From: Mobula hypostoma
Taxonomy: Eukaryota
Reading direction: 5' to 3'
DNA: 64,000 nt
Assembly (NCBI RefSeq): GCF_963921235.1
Contig: NC_086104.1
Coordinates: 3,100,001-3,164,000, forward strand
This document shows, one piece after another, positions 38,701-52,029 of this stretch. The translations under genes and the position numbers were made by a program. The notes under the pieces are model-generated. The model did no database searches and was not told where the DNA came from. It worked only from the letters and a program-made list of their open reading frames with translations. Every line of letters begins with the position of its first letter. The first letter of the stretch is position 1.

Positions 38701-40850
38701 AGAGTCCCCTCGAGATTCTAAATATATGAATGATTTTTTAGATAATTTAGACTTCCCTCAGATTTCACAGGATATGTCTTCTATATTAGATACTTCCATT
38801 ACTATGGATGAGATTAAGAATGTTATTCTTTCTATGAATTTGGGGAAAGCTCCTGGCCCGGATGGGTTTACTGTTAAATTTTATAAATGTTTTGCTTCTT
38901 TATTGATCCCTTGGCTCTGTAGGGTTTTTGAGGCTTCTCTGAAACTTGGTAAACTTCCTGAATCTTTTAATAGAGCGTCAATTTCTTTAATATTAAAGAA
39001 GGATAAAGACCCTGCTCAATGTGCATCTTATAGACCAATATCTCTATTAAATGTTGATTCTAAAGTTTTTTCTAAGTTATTAGCAAATAGACTAGAAAAA
39101 GTACTTCCTTCTATTATTTCGGAAGACCAAACGGGTTTTATTAAAGGTCGTTACTCTTTTTATAATATTCGTACATTGTTAAATATCGTTTATACTCCCT
39201 CACAAAATGTTCCTGAGTGTGTTATTTCTTTAGACGCCTAGAAAGCTTTTGATAGAGTAGAATGGCCTTATTTATTTAAGGCACTCTGATCTTCAAGAGG
39301 ACCAATTTTATCCCTTACAATCTTTTTGCTCTTAATATACCTGTAAAAACTCTTTGGATTATCCTTCACTTTGACTGCCAAGGCAACCTCATGTCTTCTT
39401 TTAGCCCTCCTGATTTCTTTCTTAAGTATTTTCTTGCACTTCTTATACTCCTCAAGCACCTTATTTACTCCCTGCTTCCTATACATGTCATACAACTCCC
39501 TCTTCTTCTTTATCAGAGTTGCAATATCCCTTGAGAACCAAGGTTCCTTATTCCTATTCACTTTGCCTTTAATCCTGACAGGAACATACAAATTCTGCAC
39601 TCTCAAAATTTCTCCTTTGAAGGCTTCCCACCTACCGATCACATCCTTGCCAGAGAACAACCTGTCCCAATCCACGCTTTTTAGATCCTTTCTCATTTCT
39701 TCAAATTTGGCCTTCTTCCAGTTCAGAACCTCAACCCCAGGACCAGATCTATCCTTGTCCATGATCAAGTTGAAACTAATGGTGTTATGATCACTGGAAC
39801 CAAAGTGCTCCCCTACACAGACTTCTGTCACTTGTCCTAACTCGTTTCCTAACAGGAGATCCAATATTGCATCCCCTCTAGTTGGTCCCTCTATATATTG
39901 ATTTAGAAAACTTCCTGAACATATTTTACAAACTCTAAACCATCTAGACCCCTAACAGTATGGGAGACCCAATCAATATATGGAAAATTAAAATCCCCTA
40001 CTACCACAACTTTATGTTTCCTGCAGTTGCCTGCTGTCTCTCTGCAGATTTGCTCTTCCAATTCTCGTTGACTATTGGGTGGTCTGTAATACAATCCCAC
40101 TAATGTGGCCATACCTTTCCTGTTTCTCAGCTCCACCCATAAGGACTCAGTAGACAAGCCCTCTAATCTGTCCTGCCTGAGCACTGCTGTAATATTTTTC
40201 CTAACAAGCAATGCTACTCCCCCACCTTTCATTCCTCTGCCTCGATCACATCTGAAACATCGGAACCCCGGAATATTAAGCTGCCAGTCCTGCCCCTCCT
40301 GTAGCCAAGTTTCACTAATTGCTACAACGTCATAATTCCATGTGTCAATCCACGCCCTCAACTCATCCACCTTCCCCACAATACTCCCAGCATTGAAATT
40401 TATACACCTCAGAAGATTTTTACCACCACTCACAACCTTTCTATTAGCGGATTTGCTTGAACTTTTAACATCATTTATTTTCACCCCAGCCACACTGTCA
40501 GCTCTGGCACTCTGGTTCCCATTCCCCTGCAAATCTAGTTTAAAGCCCCCCCAATAGCACTAACAAACCTCCCTGAAAGGATATTGGTCCCCCTGTAGTT
40601 CAAGTGTAACCTGTCTCTCTTGTACAGGTCCCACCTGCCCCAGAAGAGGTCCCAATGATCCTGAAATCTGAAACCCTGCTCCCTACACCAGTTCCTCAGC
40701 CTCTTGTTCATCCTCCAGAGCATCCTATTCCTACCCTCACTGGCATGTAGCACAGGTAGCAATCCTGAGATTACCACCCTCGAGGTCCTGCTTTTCAATT
40801 TCCTACCAAGCTCTCTATACTCACTCTCCAGCACCTCCTCAGTCAGAGAG
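35706..40850 (-). mobile_element. CR1 LINE (ORF1 end to 3' tail), young, split by an L1 insertion at 37483-39281
   Basis: ORF1 RDRLHLNYRG, APE (39903-40532), RT (36296-37482), (ctatggtt)n tail; the frame IGPLEDQS|GGLC continues across a duplicated 15-mer. Confidence 0.92.
37483..39281. mobile_element. Internally inverted L1 fragment with 15-bp TSD
   Basis: TSD CACTCTGATCTTCAA at 37468-37482 and 39282-39296. Segment ~37849-39281 (+) runs from late APE to ...EWPYLFK. Segment 37483-~37850 (-) runs MFNFSLKFISW...SKSELF. Confidence 0.88.
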
Positions 40851-41044
40851 TGTTGTATTTGTGAAATTTGTTACCACAGGCAGCTGTGGAGGCCAGGTTG
40901 TTGGGTGTATTTAAGGCAGAGATTGATAGGTTTTTGATTGGCCATGGCATCAAAGGTTACAGGGAGAAGGCTGGGGAGTGGGGATAAAGAGGTGGAAAAA
41001 ATGATCAGCCATGATTGAATAGCGGAGCAGACTCAATGGGCGAA

Positions 41045-42425
41045 ATGGCTTAAATCTGCTCCAATGTCTTACGGTCTTATGGTCTACATCCGCAATACTT
41101 GTCATGCCTGTGATATCATCAGCATCCTCCAATTCCCTGGCCTTGACAGCCTCATTTTCACCATGGACGTTCAGTCCCTATACACTACTATCCCTAACCA
41201 TGAAGGCCTCAAATTCTATGCTTCTTTCTTGACAAATGAATCAATCAATTTCCCTCCACAACCACCCTCCTCCATCTGGCAGAACTGTTTCTGACCCTCA
41301 ATAATTTTTCCTTCGGCTCCTCCCACTTTCTCCAAACTCGAAGGGTATCAATGGGCACCTGGATGGGCCTCAGGTATGCCTTCTTTGGTTCCACAAAACA
41401 GTGCGTATTCTGATCGCTCCCTGGTAATACACTCCAGTGACAAATGTATTGGTGCTGCTTCATGCACCCATGCCGAGCCATTCGATTTTTAAAAAATCAA
41501 TTTTGCCTCTAACTTCCATCTTGCCCTTAAAGTCACTTGGTTCACCTCCCCTCCCTTTCTCAATCTCTCTGCCACATCTCTGGAGATAAACCCACCGATT
41601 TCTATGGTTATCTTGAATGCACTATCTCCCGTCAAAATGCTGTTCCCTTTTCCCAAGATGTGGTTTTCTGTTTCAGGACATTAGAGATGTCCTCCTTCTT
41701 CAAAGAACTGCATTTTCCTCCCTCCATCATCGATGCTGCCCTCATCCATGCTCACCCCATCTTCCCACCACCTTAACAGTGACAGAGGCAGGTCGGAAGA
41801 TGATATCCCTGCAAGAGGACCAAATGTCACACCTCCCCATTCACCTGCTCCCTCATCTCCATTTCGTACCCCAATCAGTTCCTCCAGGTAAAACAAATCT
41901 GCTGGAAATATCTGTTGTGTCTCGAAGCTGCCTCCTCTACATTGGTGAGACCCATCGTCAACTGGGGGACCGCTTCGTCAAACACTTCTGCTCCATCCAC
42001 CAATAGTGGAACTTCCCATTTTAATGCTGATTCCCATTCCCATTCCAATATCAGTTCATGGCCTCCTCTTTTGCCAAGATGAGGCCACCCTCAGGGTGAA
42101 GGAGACACACCCTATATTCTGTCTGGGTAGCCTCCAACCTGATGGTATGGACATCGATTTCTCCTTCTGATAATTTTTTCCCCTCCCTCTCCCCTCTTCC
42201 TGTATTCCCCACTCTGGCCACTTACATCTTCTCACCTGCCTATCACTTCTCCCTGGGTCCCCTCCTCCTTCCCTCTCTCCTGTGGTCCTCTCTCCTCTCA
42301 TATTAGATTTCTTCTTCTCCAGCCCTATGCCTTTCTCACCCACTTAACTTCACTTATCACCTTCATTTTTATAGATGCTGCCTGACCTGCCGAGTTCCTC
42401 CAGCATTTTGCATGTGTTGCTTAGT
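41045..42425 (+). mobile_element. Penelope-like element, degenerate (RT + GIY-YIG)
   Basis: FTMDVQSLYTTIP RT motif; LLYIGETHRQLGDRF GIY-YIG motif; typical PLE 3' tail. Confidence 0.85.
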
Positions 42426-42845
42426 TAAAGGTGTCTGAATGGACCCATCAGCACATCTAATTATCTGCCTCAATCCCCTTAGAAGGTGTAGACACCGTTG
42501 TGCCTTCTTACCGATTGAGGAGGTGCTGTGGGTCCAGGTTAGATTGTCCATCATGTGTGCATTAAGAAACTCTCCGCTCTTCATCTTCTCAACAATAAAG
42601 CCATTGATGTGCAATGGAGAGTGGTCTCCCTGTGCCTTCCTGAAGTCCACAGTATTCTCTTTTGTCTTGTTCACGTTGAGACTCAAGTTGTTGTTCTCAC
42701 GCCATTTGACAAGTCTCTCTAGCTCTTCTTGGTATGCCGACTTATCATCGTTGCTAATGAGGGCAACCACTTTAGTATCATCACTGAACTTGATGATGTG
42801 GCTTAAGCTGGATTTGGCAGTGCAGTCGTGAGTCAGCAGAGTCAC
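42426..42845 (-). mobile_element. Rex1/L2-type LINE RT fragment
   Basis: IIKFSDDTKVVALI...NNLSLNVNKTKE. Confidence 0.8.
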
Positions 42846-42934
42846 ATACGCCACATGTCCCTGGTGTCACAGAGGTATCTGTGCATTTTCTGTACCTTCC
42901 TTATGGCATGTCAGAATCTGATGGTAAAATACCT

Positions 42935-43605
42935 CTCAGGCTGTGAAGAAAGCTAATGGCATGCTGGCCTTCATAAGAAGGGGAATTGAGTATAGGAGCA
43001 AAGAAATCCTTCTGCAGTTGTACAGGGCCCTGGTGAGACCACACCTGGAATATTGTGTACAGTTTTGGTCTCCAAATTTGAGGAAGGACATTCTAGCTAT
43101 TGAGAGAGTGCAGCGTAGGTTCACGAGGTTAATTCCCAGGATGGACGGACTGTCTTATGTTGAAAGATTGGAGCGACTGGGGTTGTATACACTGAAATTT
43201 AGAAGGATCAGAGGGGATCGGATTGAAACATATAAGATTATTAAAGGATTGGACATGCTAGAGGCAGGAAACATGTTCCCGATGTTGGGGGAGTCCAGAA
43301 CCAGAGGCCACAGTTTAAGAATAAGGGGTAGACAATTTAGAATGGGGTTGAGGAAAAACTTTTTCACACAGAGGGTTGTGGTTCTGTGGAATGCTCTGCC
43401 TCAGAAGGCAGTAGGGGCCAATTCTTTGGATTCTTTCAAGAAAGAGTTAGATAGAGCTCTTAAAGATAGCAGAGTGAAAGGGATATGGGGAGAAGGCAGG
43501 AGAAGGGTGCTGATTGTGGATGATCAGCCATGATCACAGTGAATGGTGGTGCTGGCTCAAAGGGCTGAATGGCCTACTCCTGCACCTATTGTCTATTGTC
43601 TATTG
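42935..43605 (+). mobile_element. CR1 3' fragment, young
   Basis: Open 196-aa C-terminal ORF; (ctattgt)n tail. Confidence 0.9.
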
Positions 43606-44884
43606 TCTCTGTAACAATGCATGAAAGCCAGGAACTGCAGGGGGCCATTCAATCTGTTGAGTCTCCTCTGCCATTTAGAAAGGTCAGGGCTGATCATCCA
43701 AATTGAGAAGCTGTTCCATGTTGAGGGTCATAGAGAACTACAGCACAGAAACAGGCCTTTCAGCCCATCTAGCCCACGCCAAAATCTTATTCCGCATAGA
43801 TTCACTACCCTCTGGGTGAAGAAGTTTCTTCTCATCTCTGTTCTAAAGGGACATCCCTCTATTCTGAGGCTGCACCCTCTGCTCCTAGATGTCGACGGAG
43901 CTCAGTCTAGATGCAGTTTACCAATCGGAAACGTAGATGATGAATTTACCCCAGAGTCAACAGAACTGAGTCCGGATGCAGGGTTTCAACCTGAAATGTA
44001 GACAATTTCCCCACGGATGCTGCTTGATCACTGAGTTCCTCCAGAAAGTTGTTCTGTCACTGCAGATTACCAGCACCTGGTGTCTGTCCTTTCCTAATGA
44101 ATCCGACAGTGGGGAAGTCTCGGACCAGAGGGCACAGCCTCAGAAGAGTCAGACGTGAATTTAGAACAGACATGAGGAGGGATTTCTTTGGCCAGAGGGT
44201 GGTGAATCTGTCAAATTCATTGCCACAGATGGCTGTAGAGATCAAAGCAGAGGTTCAAAGGCTCTTTGATAAGGGCATCAAAGGATACGGGGAGAAGGCA
44301 GGAGAATGGGGTTGAGAGGGATAATAAATCAGCCAGAATGGAATGACAGAGCCGACTCACTGGACCGAATGGCCTAATCAGCTCCTTTGTCTTATGGTCC
44401 TCATGTCATTGGTCAATTGTACATTAAAAGCTGAGGGTGATAGGTTCTTGATTAGTCAGGGTGTCAAAGGTTGTCTTATGGACTTTCTCCAGCAGATTGT
44501 TGATAAAATACAGGCATTTGCTGCTCTAATGACAATCGTGTCAGCAGTTCCCAATATATCAATTCAATACTTGCTAACTGCTGACAGATTTAGGCAGCTC
44601 CAATTTATCAGCTCACATTTACTACTGAGTAACAGGAAAAGGTTTCATCTACATTTATCCTAATTCACCTCTTCCCACCGAAAGGAGACTCATTGGGTAT
44701 AAATGGAGTTGTAAAAGTAACACAATTTGGTCTCGGCAGAACAAGGCCGTTCTCATTACACCTGCCAACAAGGCTCTCTCGGACCTGTTACTCATACTCA
44801 TCCATTACTGACGGTTTATTCAAGCCGTCAGGAACACCATTTTAAACCGGTTTGAAAATGAGAGAAAGAGGTCCTCGTTGTCAG

Positions 44885-45390
44885 GGATGACCATGGATAC
44901 TGTGTTGTAGCTGTCTGGATACACAGGTCAGGGCAGTACAATATGGAGAGCAAGCTGTTGCCCAGGCAGCAGGCTCCCCCTCTCCATGCATCTGATGAAC
45001 TCAAAGGAATGGCAGAGGTTGCTACAGTTTGACACCAGTCAGCACTGAAGTCAATGTAGGCCTGCCTTAGATACTCCAGCTCCGGATTTTTCTTTGGAGT
45101 TTACTCCTAAAGCCTTCCTCATGACTAGGTATAACTGCAAGGCAGCGGAGGTTTGAGATCAGAGTTTTCCTTCTCCTAGATGAGCTGCCAACCATGGCTG
45201 ACGAGCCCCATTTGCCCGAAGCGATGGTTTTAAGGCACTGATAACCCATCTTCCCCCTTCTCCTCTCACAAGAAACAGATCCTCCAGGCTGAGTCGCGAA
45301 ACCACACATGAAAGACAGGAGCTAGACATGGTTGTCAAACGTTCTTTGAGGTACACGCCATTGGGAGCATTTAATAGCAGCGGGAGCTTT
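44885..45390. repeat. Probable non-coding interspersed repeat, family not assigned
   Basis: Resembles an abundant elasmobranch repeat by recollection only; no coding motif. Confidence 0.35.
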
Positions 45391-45844
45391 TCCCCTTTAC
45401 ATTAAGGAAATATAGATGTTAAAAGGGAACTTTCTGTATTTGGGCAACTGGGGCAATGTACTTTTCTGTGTTGTTGGAGAGACTTAGAAGAAATATTGGT
45501 AGAATATTGGCCATGACACACTAAATGCTGGAGGAATTCAGCAAGTCAGGCAGCATCTATGGAGGGAAATAAACAGTTAATATTTCAGGCATACACCTTT
45601 CAACAGGACTGGAATAAAAAGGTGGGGAGGGAAGAAGGAGCATGAGCTGGCAGGTGATGGGTGTGACCAGGTGAAGGGGGAAGGTAGGTGACTGAGAAAG
45701 GGTGTAACACCCTGGTTCACATGTTTACTGCTATGCTGCAGGTAATTCATTCAGCAGCTCTGTAAGAACAATCTGTTCTGCTTTCAGCCTGTCTGGGTTT
45801 GTGCTGAGATAAGAGACTTTGTTGTTACTGGGTTTTAGATGTTT

Positions 45845-48820
45845 TGAAAGGACAGGGAGGGAGGCAAAACAGGTGGGGGCGTGGCACTGTTGATCAGAGA
45901 TAGTGTCACGGCTGCAGAAAAGGTGGACACCATGGAGGGATTGTCCACGGAGTCTCTGTGGGTGGAGGTTAGGAACAGGGAGGGGTCAATAACTTTACTG
46001 GGTGTTTTTTATAGGCTGCCCAATAGTAACAGGGATACAAAGGAGCAGATAGGGAAACAGATCCTGGAAAGGTGTAATAATAACAGAGTTGTCGTGATGG
46101 GAGATATTAATTTCCCAAATACCGATTGGCATCTCCCTAGAACGAGGGGTTTAGATGGGATGGAGTTTGTTAGGTGTGTTCAGGAAGGTTTCTTGACACA
46201 ATATGTAGATAAGCCTACAAAAGGAGAGACTGTACTTGATTTGGTATTGGGAAATGAACCTGGTCAGGTGTCAGATCTCTCAGTGGGAAAGCATTTTGGA
46301 GATGGTGATCATAATCATAATGGAGATAGGGCACAGGAGTACATTCAGCCAGAGACTCATTCCACTGAGATGCAACACAGAGTGTCATAGGAAGTCATTC
46401 CTGCCTGTGGCCATCAAACTTTACAACTCCTCCCCTGGAGGGTCAGACACCCTGAGCCAATAGGCTGATCCTGGACTTATTTCCTGGCATAATCTACATA
46501 TTACTATTTAACTATTTATGGTTTTATTACTATTTAATTATTTATGATGCAACTGTAATGAAAACCAATTTCCCCCGGAATCAATAAAGTATGACTATGA
46601 CTATGACTCTAATTCTATCTCCTTTATAATATCATTGGAGAGAAATAGGAACAGACAATTTAGAAAAGCATTTAATTGGAGTAAGAGGAATTATGAGGCT
46701 ATCAGGCAGGAAATTGGAAGCTGAAATTGGGAACAGATGTTCTCAGGGAAAAGTACAGAAGAAATGTGGCAAATGTTCAGGGGATATTTGTGTGGAGTTC
46801 TGCATAGGTACGTTCTAATGAGACAAGGAAGTTATGGTAGGGTACAGAAACAGTGGTGTACAAAGGCTATAATAAATCTAGTCAAGAAGAAAAGTTTACA
46901 AAAGGTTCAGAGAGCTAGGTAATGTTAGAGATCTAGAAGATTATAAGGCTAACAGGAAGGAGCTTAAAAAGGAAATTAGGAGAGCCAGAAGGGGCCATGA
47001 GAAGGCCTTGGCGAGCAGGATTAAGGAAAACCCCAAGGCATTCTACAAGTATGTGAAGAGCAAGAGGATAAGACGTGAAAGAATAGGACCTATCAAGTGT
47101 GACAGTGGGAAAGTGTGTATGGAACCGGAGGAAATAGCAGGGGTACTTAATGAATACTTTTCTTCAGTATTCACTATGGAAAAGGATCTTGGTGATTGTA
47201 GTGTTGACTTGCAGCAGACTGAAAAGCTTGAGCATGTAGATATTAAGGAAGAGGATGTGCTGGAGCTTTTGGAAAGCAACAAGCTGGATAAGTCGCCGGG
47301 ACCAGGTGAGATGTACCCCGAGCTACTGTGGGAGGCGAGAGAGGAGATTGCTGAGCCTCTGGCGATGATCTTTGAATCATCAATGGGGTGGGAGAGGTTC
47401 CAGAGAATTGGAGGGTTGTGGATATTGTTTCTTTATTCAAGAAAGTGAGTAAAGATAGCCCAGGAAATTATAGACCAGTGAGTCTTACTTCAGTGGTTGG
47501 TAAGTTAATGGAGAAGATCCTGAGAGGCAGGATTTATGAACATTTATGATTAGGAGTAGTCAGCATGGCTTTGTCAAGGGCAGGTCGTGCCTTATGAGCC
47601 TGATTATATTTTTTGAGGATGTGACTAAACACATTGATGAAGGTAGAGCAGTAGATGTAGTGTATATGGATTTCAGCAAGGCATTTGATAAGGTACTCCA
47701 TGCAAGGCTTATTGAGAAAGTAAGTAGGCATGGGATCCAAGGGGTCATTACTTTGTGGATCCAGAAATGGCTTGCCCACAGAAGGCAAAGAGTGGTCGCA
47801 GATGGCTCATATTCTGCATGGAGATTTGTCACCAGTGGAGTGCCTCAGGGATCTGTCCTGGGACCCTTTCTCTTCGTGATTTTTATAAATGACCTGAATG
47901 AGGAAGTGGAGGGATGGGTTAGTAAGTTTGCTGATGACACAAAGGTTGGAGGTGTTGTGGATAGTGTGGAGGGCTGTCAGAGGTTACAGTGGGACATTGA
48001 TAGGATGCAAAATTGGGCTGAGACGAGGCAGACGGAGTTCAACCCAGATAAGTGTGAAGTGGTTCATTTTGGTAGGTCAAATATGATGGCAGAATATAGT
48101 ATTAATGGTAAGACTCTTGGCAGTGTGGAGGATCAGAGTGATCTTGGGGTCTGAGTCCATAGGACACTCAAAGCTGCTGCGCAGGTTGACTCTGTGGTTA
48201 AGAAGGCGTACGGTTTATTGGCCTTCATCAATCGTGGGATTGAGTTTAGGAACCGAGAGGTAATGTTGCAGCTATATAGGACCCTGGTCAGACCCCACTT
48301 GGAGTACTGTGCTCAGTTCTGGTCGCCTCACTACAGGAAGGATGTGGAAGCCACAGAAAGGTTGCAGAGGAGATTTACGAGGATTTTGCCTGGATTGGGG
48401 AGCATGCCTTATGAGAATAGGTTGAGTGAACTCGGCCTTTTTTCCTTGGAGCGATGGAGGATGAGAGGTGACCTGATAGAGGTGTACAAGATGATGAGAG
48501 GCATTGATTGTGTGGATAGTCAGAGGCTTTTTCCCAGGGCTGAAATGGTTACCACAAGAGGACACAGGTTTAAGGTGCTGGGGAGAAGGTACAGAGGAGA
48601 TGTCAGGGGTAAGTTTTTTACTCAGAGAGTGGTGAGTGTGTGGAATGGGCTGCCGGCAACGGTGGTGGAGGCGGATACAATAGGGTCTTTTAAGAGACTT
48701 TTTGATAGGTACATGGAGCTTAGAAAAATAGAGGGCTATGGGTAAGCCGAGTAATTTCTAAGGTAGTGACATGTTCGGCACAACTTTGTGGGCCGAAGGG
48801 CCTGTATTGTGCTATAGGTT
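45845..48820 (+). mobile_element. CR1 LINE, same subfamily as 3765-6991
   Basis: Near-identical APE/RT peptides (DSVTAAEKVD, KENPKAF, IKCDSGKVCMEPEEIA) and the same 3' UTR. Confidence 0.93.
46316..46608 (+). mobile_element. Rex1-type 3' fragment nested in CR1
   Basis: Nearly identical to the 3' ~290 nt of 21815-22790; (ATGACT)n tail; imperfect TSD CATAAT/CTAAT. Confidence 0.85.
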
Positions 48821-49329
48821 TGTGCAGATGAATGGCTTCAAGGAGGAAGTCCCAAAACTCCTGTGGGAGAGTCCATTTGTTCAAAATGGATTTGAAGTGA
48901 CATTCGGAAGGTGGTGTGTGCTTTCACACAGACCGTGGGTCCAGCGCATGAGTTACAGACAATTTCAAGATGAGCTCCAGCTTACGTGCACATTTGAATA
49001 TTTAATTACATTGACCCCTTTTTGTTTTTTCTTTCTTTTCATTAATAACACTTTGGTTAAGTTAGCGTTCATAAATATACGCTTTTATAAATTGTATGCA
49101 GTGTGTGATCTGTTATTTCTCACTGACGGACTATTGCCGGGGGCAGGAAATCACACAACATTCACACAAACCTGGGTTTACTTGGGCGAGACATCCCAAC
49201 CTCACGGATTTGGCAGGATCAAAGTTGTATACACCCTGGATGACAGAGCCTGAGAGAGGGCGGCGGGGGGGGGGGTTCTTCTCCACGAAGTGAGGGGCAA
49301 ATGAGTCACGTTCTCAGAAGAGCTCAGTA

Positions 49330-50335
49330 AAAAGGGGTTTCAAGGGGATGAGGTAAGAGGCTGGGAAGGGATAGGTAGTAACAATAAAGTGTTGGATAGG
49401 ACCAGATCTGGTAGGAAAAGACAGGGGACCGTGAGAGAAAGGGAAGGAGGAGGGGCATCAGTGGGAAGTGATGGGCAGGCGAGGAGATTAGGATGGATGA
49501 AGGAGTAGAATGGAAAGAATGAGAAGGAGCTGGGATAAGAAATTACCAGATGTTGGAGAAATCAACGTTCATGCCCCTACACCTCCTCTCTCAATACTGC
49601 TCAGATCCTGAAACAGTCCTTCCAGGTGAGTTGGCACTTCACCTATGAGTCTGTTGGGGTCATCTATTGTACCCGGTGCTCCCAGTGTGGCCTCCTGTAT
49701 ATCGGTGAGACCCGACGTAGATTGGGAGACTGCTTCACTGGCCACCTATGACCCGTCTCCCAGAAAAAGCAGGATCTCCCGGTGGCCACCCATTTCAATT
49801 TTACTTCCCATTCCCATTCTGACATGGCTTCTTCTAATGTCACGATGAGGCCATATTCAGGTAGAAGGAGCAACACCTTATATTCCGTCTGGGTAGCCTC
49901 CAACCTGCTGGCATGAACATCAATTTCTCGAACTTCTGATAATTTCATCCTCTCTCTCCTTCACCATTCTCGATTCCCACTTCGCTCTCTCACCTCACCT
50001 ATCACCTCTCTCTGGTGCTCCTCTCCCTTCCCTTCCTTCCATGGTTTCTTATTAGATTTTCCCTTCTCCAGCCCTTTATCTCTTTGACCAATTGACTTCC
50101 CAGCTCACCCGTCGTCCTCCCCCAATTTCACCTCTGACCTCCTACTTTGTAAGTCTTCCTCTCCTCCCCCATCTTCTTACTCTGCCTTCTCATCACTTTT
50201 CTCAGTCCTGATTAAGTTTCTTGACCTGAAATGTTGACTCGACTCTTTTCCATAGATGTTGCCTGGTCTGCTGAGTTCCTCCAGCATTTTGTGTGTATTG
50301 TTTTGATTTCCAGCATGTCCAGATTTTCTCTTGTT
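49330..50335. mobile_element. Penelope-like element: inverted 3' fragment (-) joined to 5'-truncated copy (+)
   Basis: 49330-49575 reads GMNVDFSNIW* on minus. 49576-50335 (+) reads VIYCTRCSQCGLLYIGETRRRLGDCF (GIY-YIG) and RVEGATPY/GMNINFSNF remnants plus tail. Confidence 0.82.
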
Positions 50336-51162
50336 CATGCCAATGTTTGGCCTCATTTTGATGGCAGAGGAGGGAATGGACCGACATGTCATTATGGGGA
50401 GTTGTATTGAAATAGGTGGCGCCTGAGAGATCCTGCCTCTTGGACCTTGTGGTAGACTAGCGCAGCAACTGCAAGGGCCCTGGCAGAGATATTTAGCCAT
50501 AGGTGAACTGTTGGAGGCCTGAGGAATGCCAAAGATTGTTCAAGAAATGCTCTATAAATTAGCCAGGGAATTGTATGAAGGACAGGTGGTGGATATTGTG
50601 CACATGAACTTCAGCAAAGTTTTCCACAAAGTCCTGCATGGAAGGCTGGTCCAGAAGGTAATGTGGCTTGGCGTTCAGCAGGAGAGGCCAGAGAGTGGTA
50701 ATAGATGGCTGTCTCTCAGACTGGAGGCCTGTGATTAATGGTGTGCTGCGGTGATTGACGTGGGTCTATTGTTGTTTACCATCCACATTAATGAAATAGT
50801 GATTTGACTTCATTGGATATTTAGACAGTTTTCTTCAATAAATTCCATTTTTCACAGTTTTGGCCACTTGATTGATCATTGTAACCTGCACTGCCAATGC
50901 TCCCTCCTTACTCAGTAGTATTTGCAAACCGGCGTGAGCATCATCAGGTTTTCTGTGTGAACCATGAACCCGGTTTCTCTCTGCTCTGTTGCTCTCTGAC
51001 CTGCTGAATGCTTGGCGCATTTTGGCTTTTCTTTCAGGTTTGCAGCAGCTGCAGTATTTTACTTTTATATGCAATTCCTCATTCCTGCATCTGGTCACTA
51101 AAATACATGAAAGAAGTTGAGGCCCCAGGGTTGAGGCTCCTGACACATAATGCCACTATCAG

Positions 51163-51198
51163 ACACACACACACACACACTCTCTCTCTCTCTCTCTC
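51163..51198. repeat. Compound microsatellite (AC)n(TC)n
   Basis: Directly visible. Confidence 0.9.
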
Positions 51199-52029
51199 TT
51201 TACCCATCATTCAAAGTTACCTCAGATTTCATGTGTTCACATCTGTGGAACCTGGTGAAATCTTTCCTGCAGGTTCCTGGCAATATCAGCAAAGATTTCA
51301 TCACCTTTACTGTCAATTTCAATCCTGCTCGTAAGTTCACTTGCTCCATTTCCGACACGTAAATCACTTCCTCAATTCCCCTGCACACATTTCAAGGAGA
51401 GGGTCAGCAGTTCTACAAGACTCCCACAGCTAACCTGACCACTCCTCATCCCATTCTGCTTCTTGTGGGGACACAATTCCCTTCTCCCAGTCTCTCTATC
51501 ACATCTGCCCTGAAGATCCCCTCTCATCCCCTCTCCTTCTACCCACAACAAGGATAGGGCTTCCCTGGTCCCCAGCTTCCACCTCTTTGGCAAAGATCTA
51601 CAGCTGTGGGCCGAAGGGCCTGTACTGTGCTGTAGTGTTCTGTGTCCTATGGTCACATTGCTGAAGACAGCTCCTCACAGAAGTTATGGGAAAGGATATC
51701 GGTTTGTTAGATCAAAGTGTAGAATGAGGAAACAGAGGGAGGATGTGAACATTGAAAATTCCTGGGAATGTTGGTGGGCGTCGTCTTTAGGCCTCCAATC
51801 AATAGAGATACAGTCAGGGAGAGCAACTACAGGAAACTACAGAATGTGAAAGGGTACTACAGTGATAATGGGTGACTTTAATCTACATACAGACTGTTCA
51901 AAACACATGATCAATTCCGCTGTGGAAAATGATTTTCTGAGTGAGTATCAGATGGTTTTATAGACCAGCAGTGAACAGTTGACTCCAAAGTGCTTAGCCT
52001 GCTTTGGATATTTGTTTATTTATTTGCTC

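Noticed and set aside
44669-44761. Open 93-nt phase-1/1 segment on minus (GVMRTALFCRDQIVLLLQLHLYPMSLLSVGR) as an alternative leader or cassette exon
   Set aside because: Weak polypyrimidine tract and polar interruptions make a poor signal peptide; the 55478-55526 exon is much better. Would need junction reads.
51200-51388. Minus-strand peptide GIEEVIYVSEMEQVNLRAGLKLTVK as an extra Ig exon
   Set aside because: No Cys or Trp core, and the acceptor phase is incompatible with the phase-1 leader (the phase-1 frame hits a stop).
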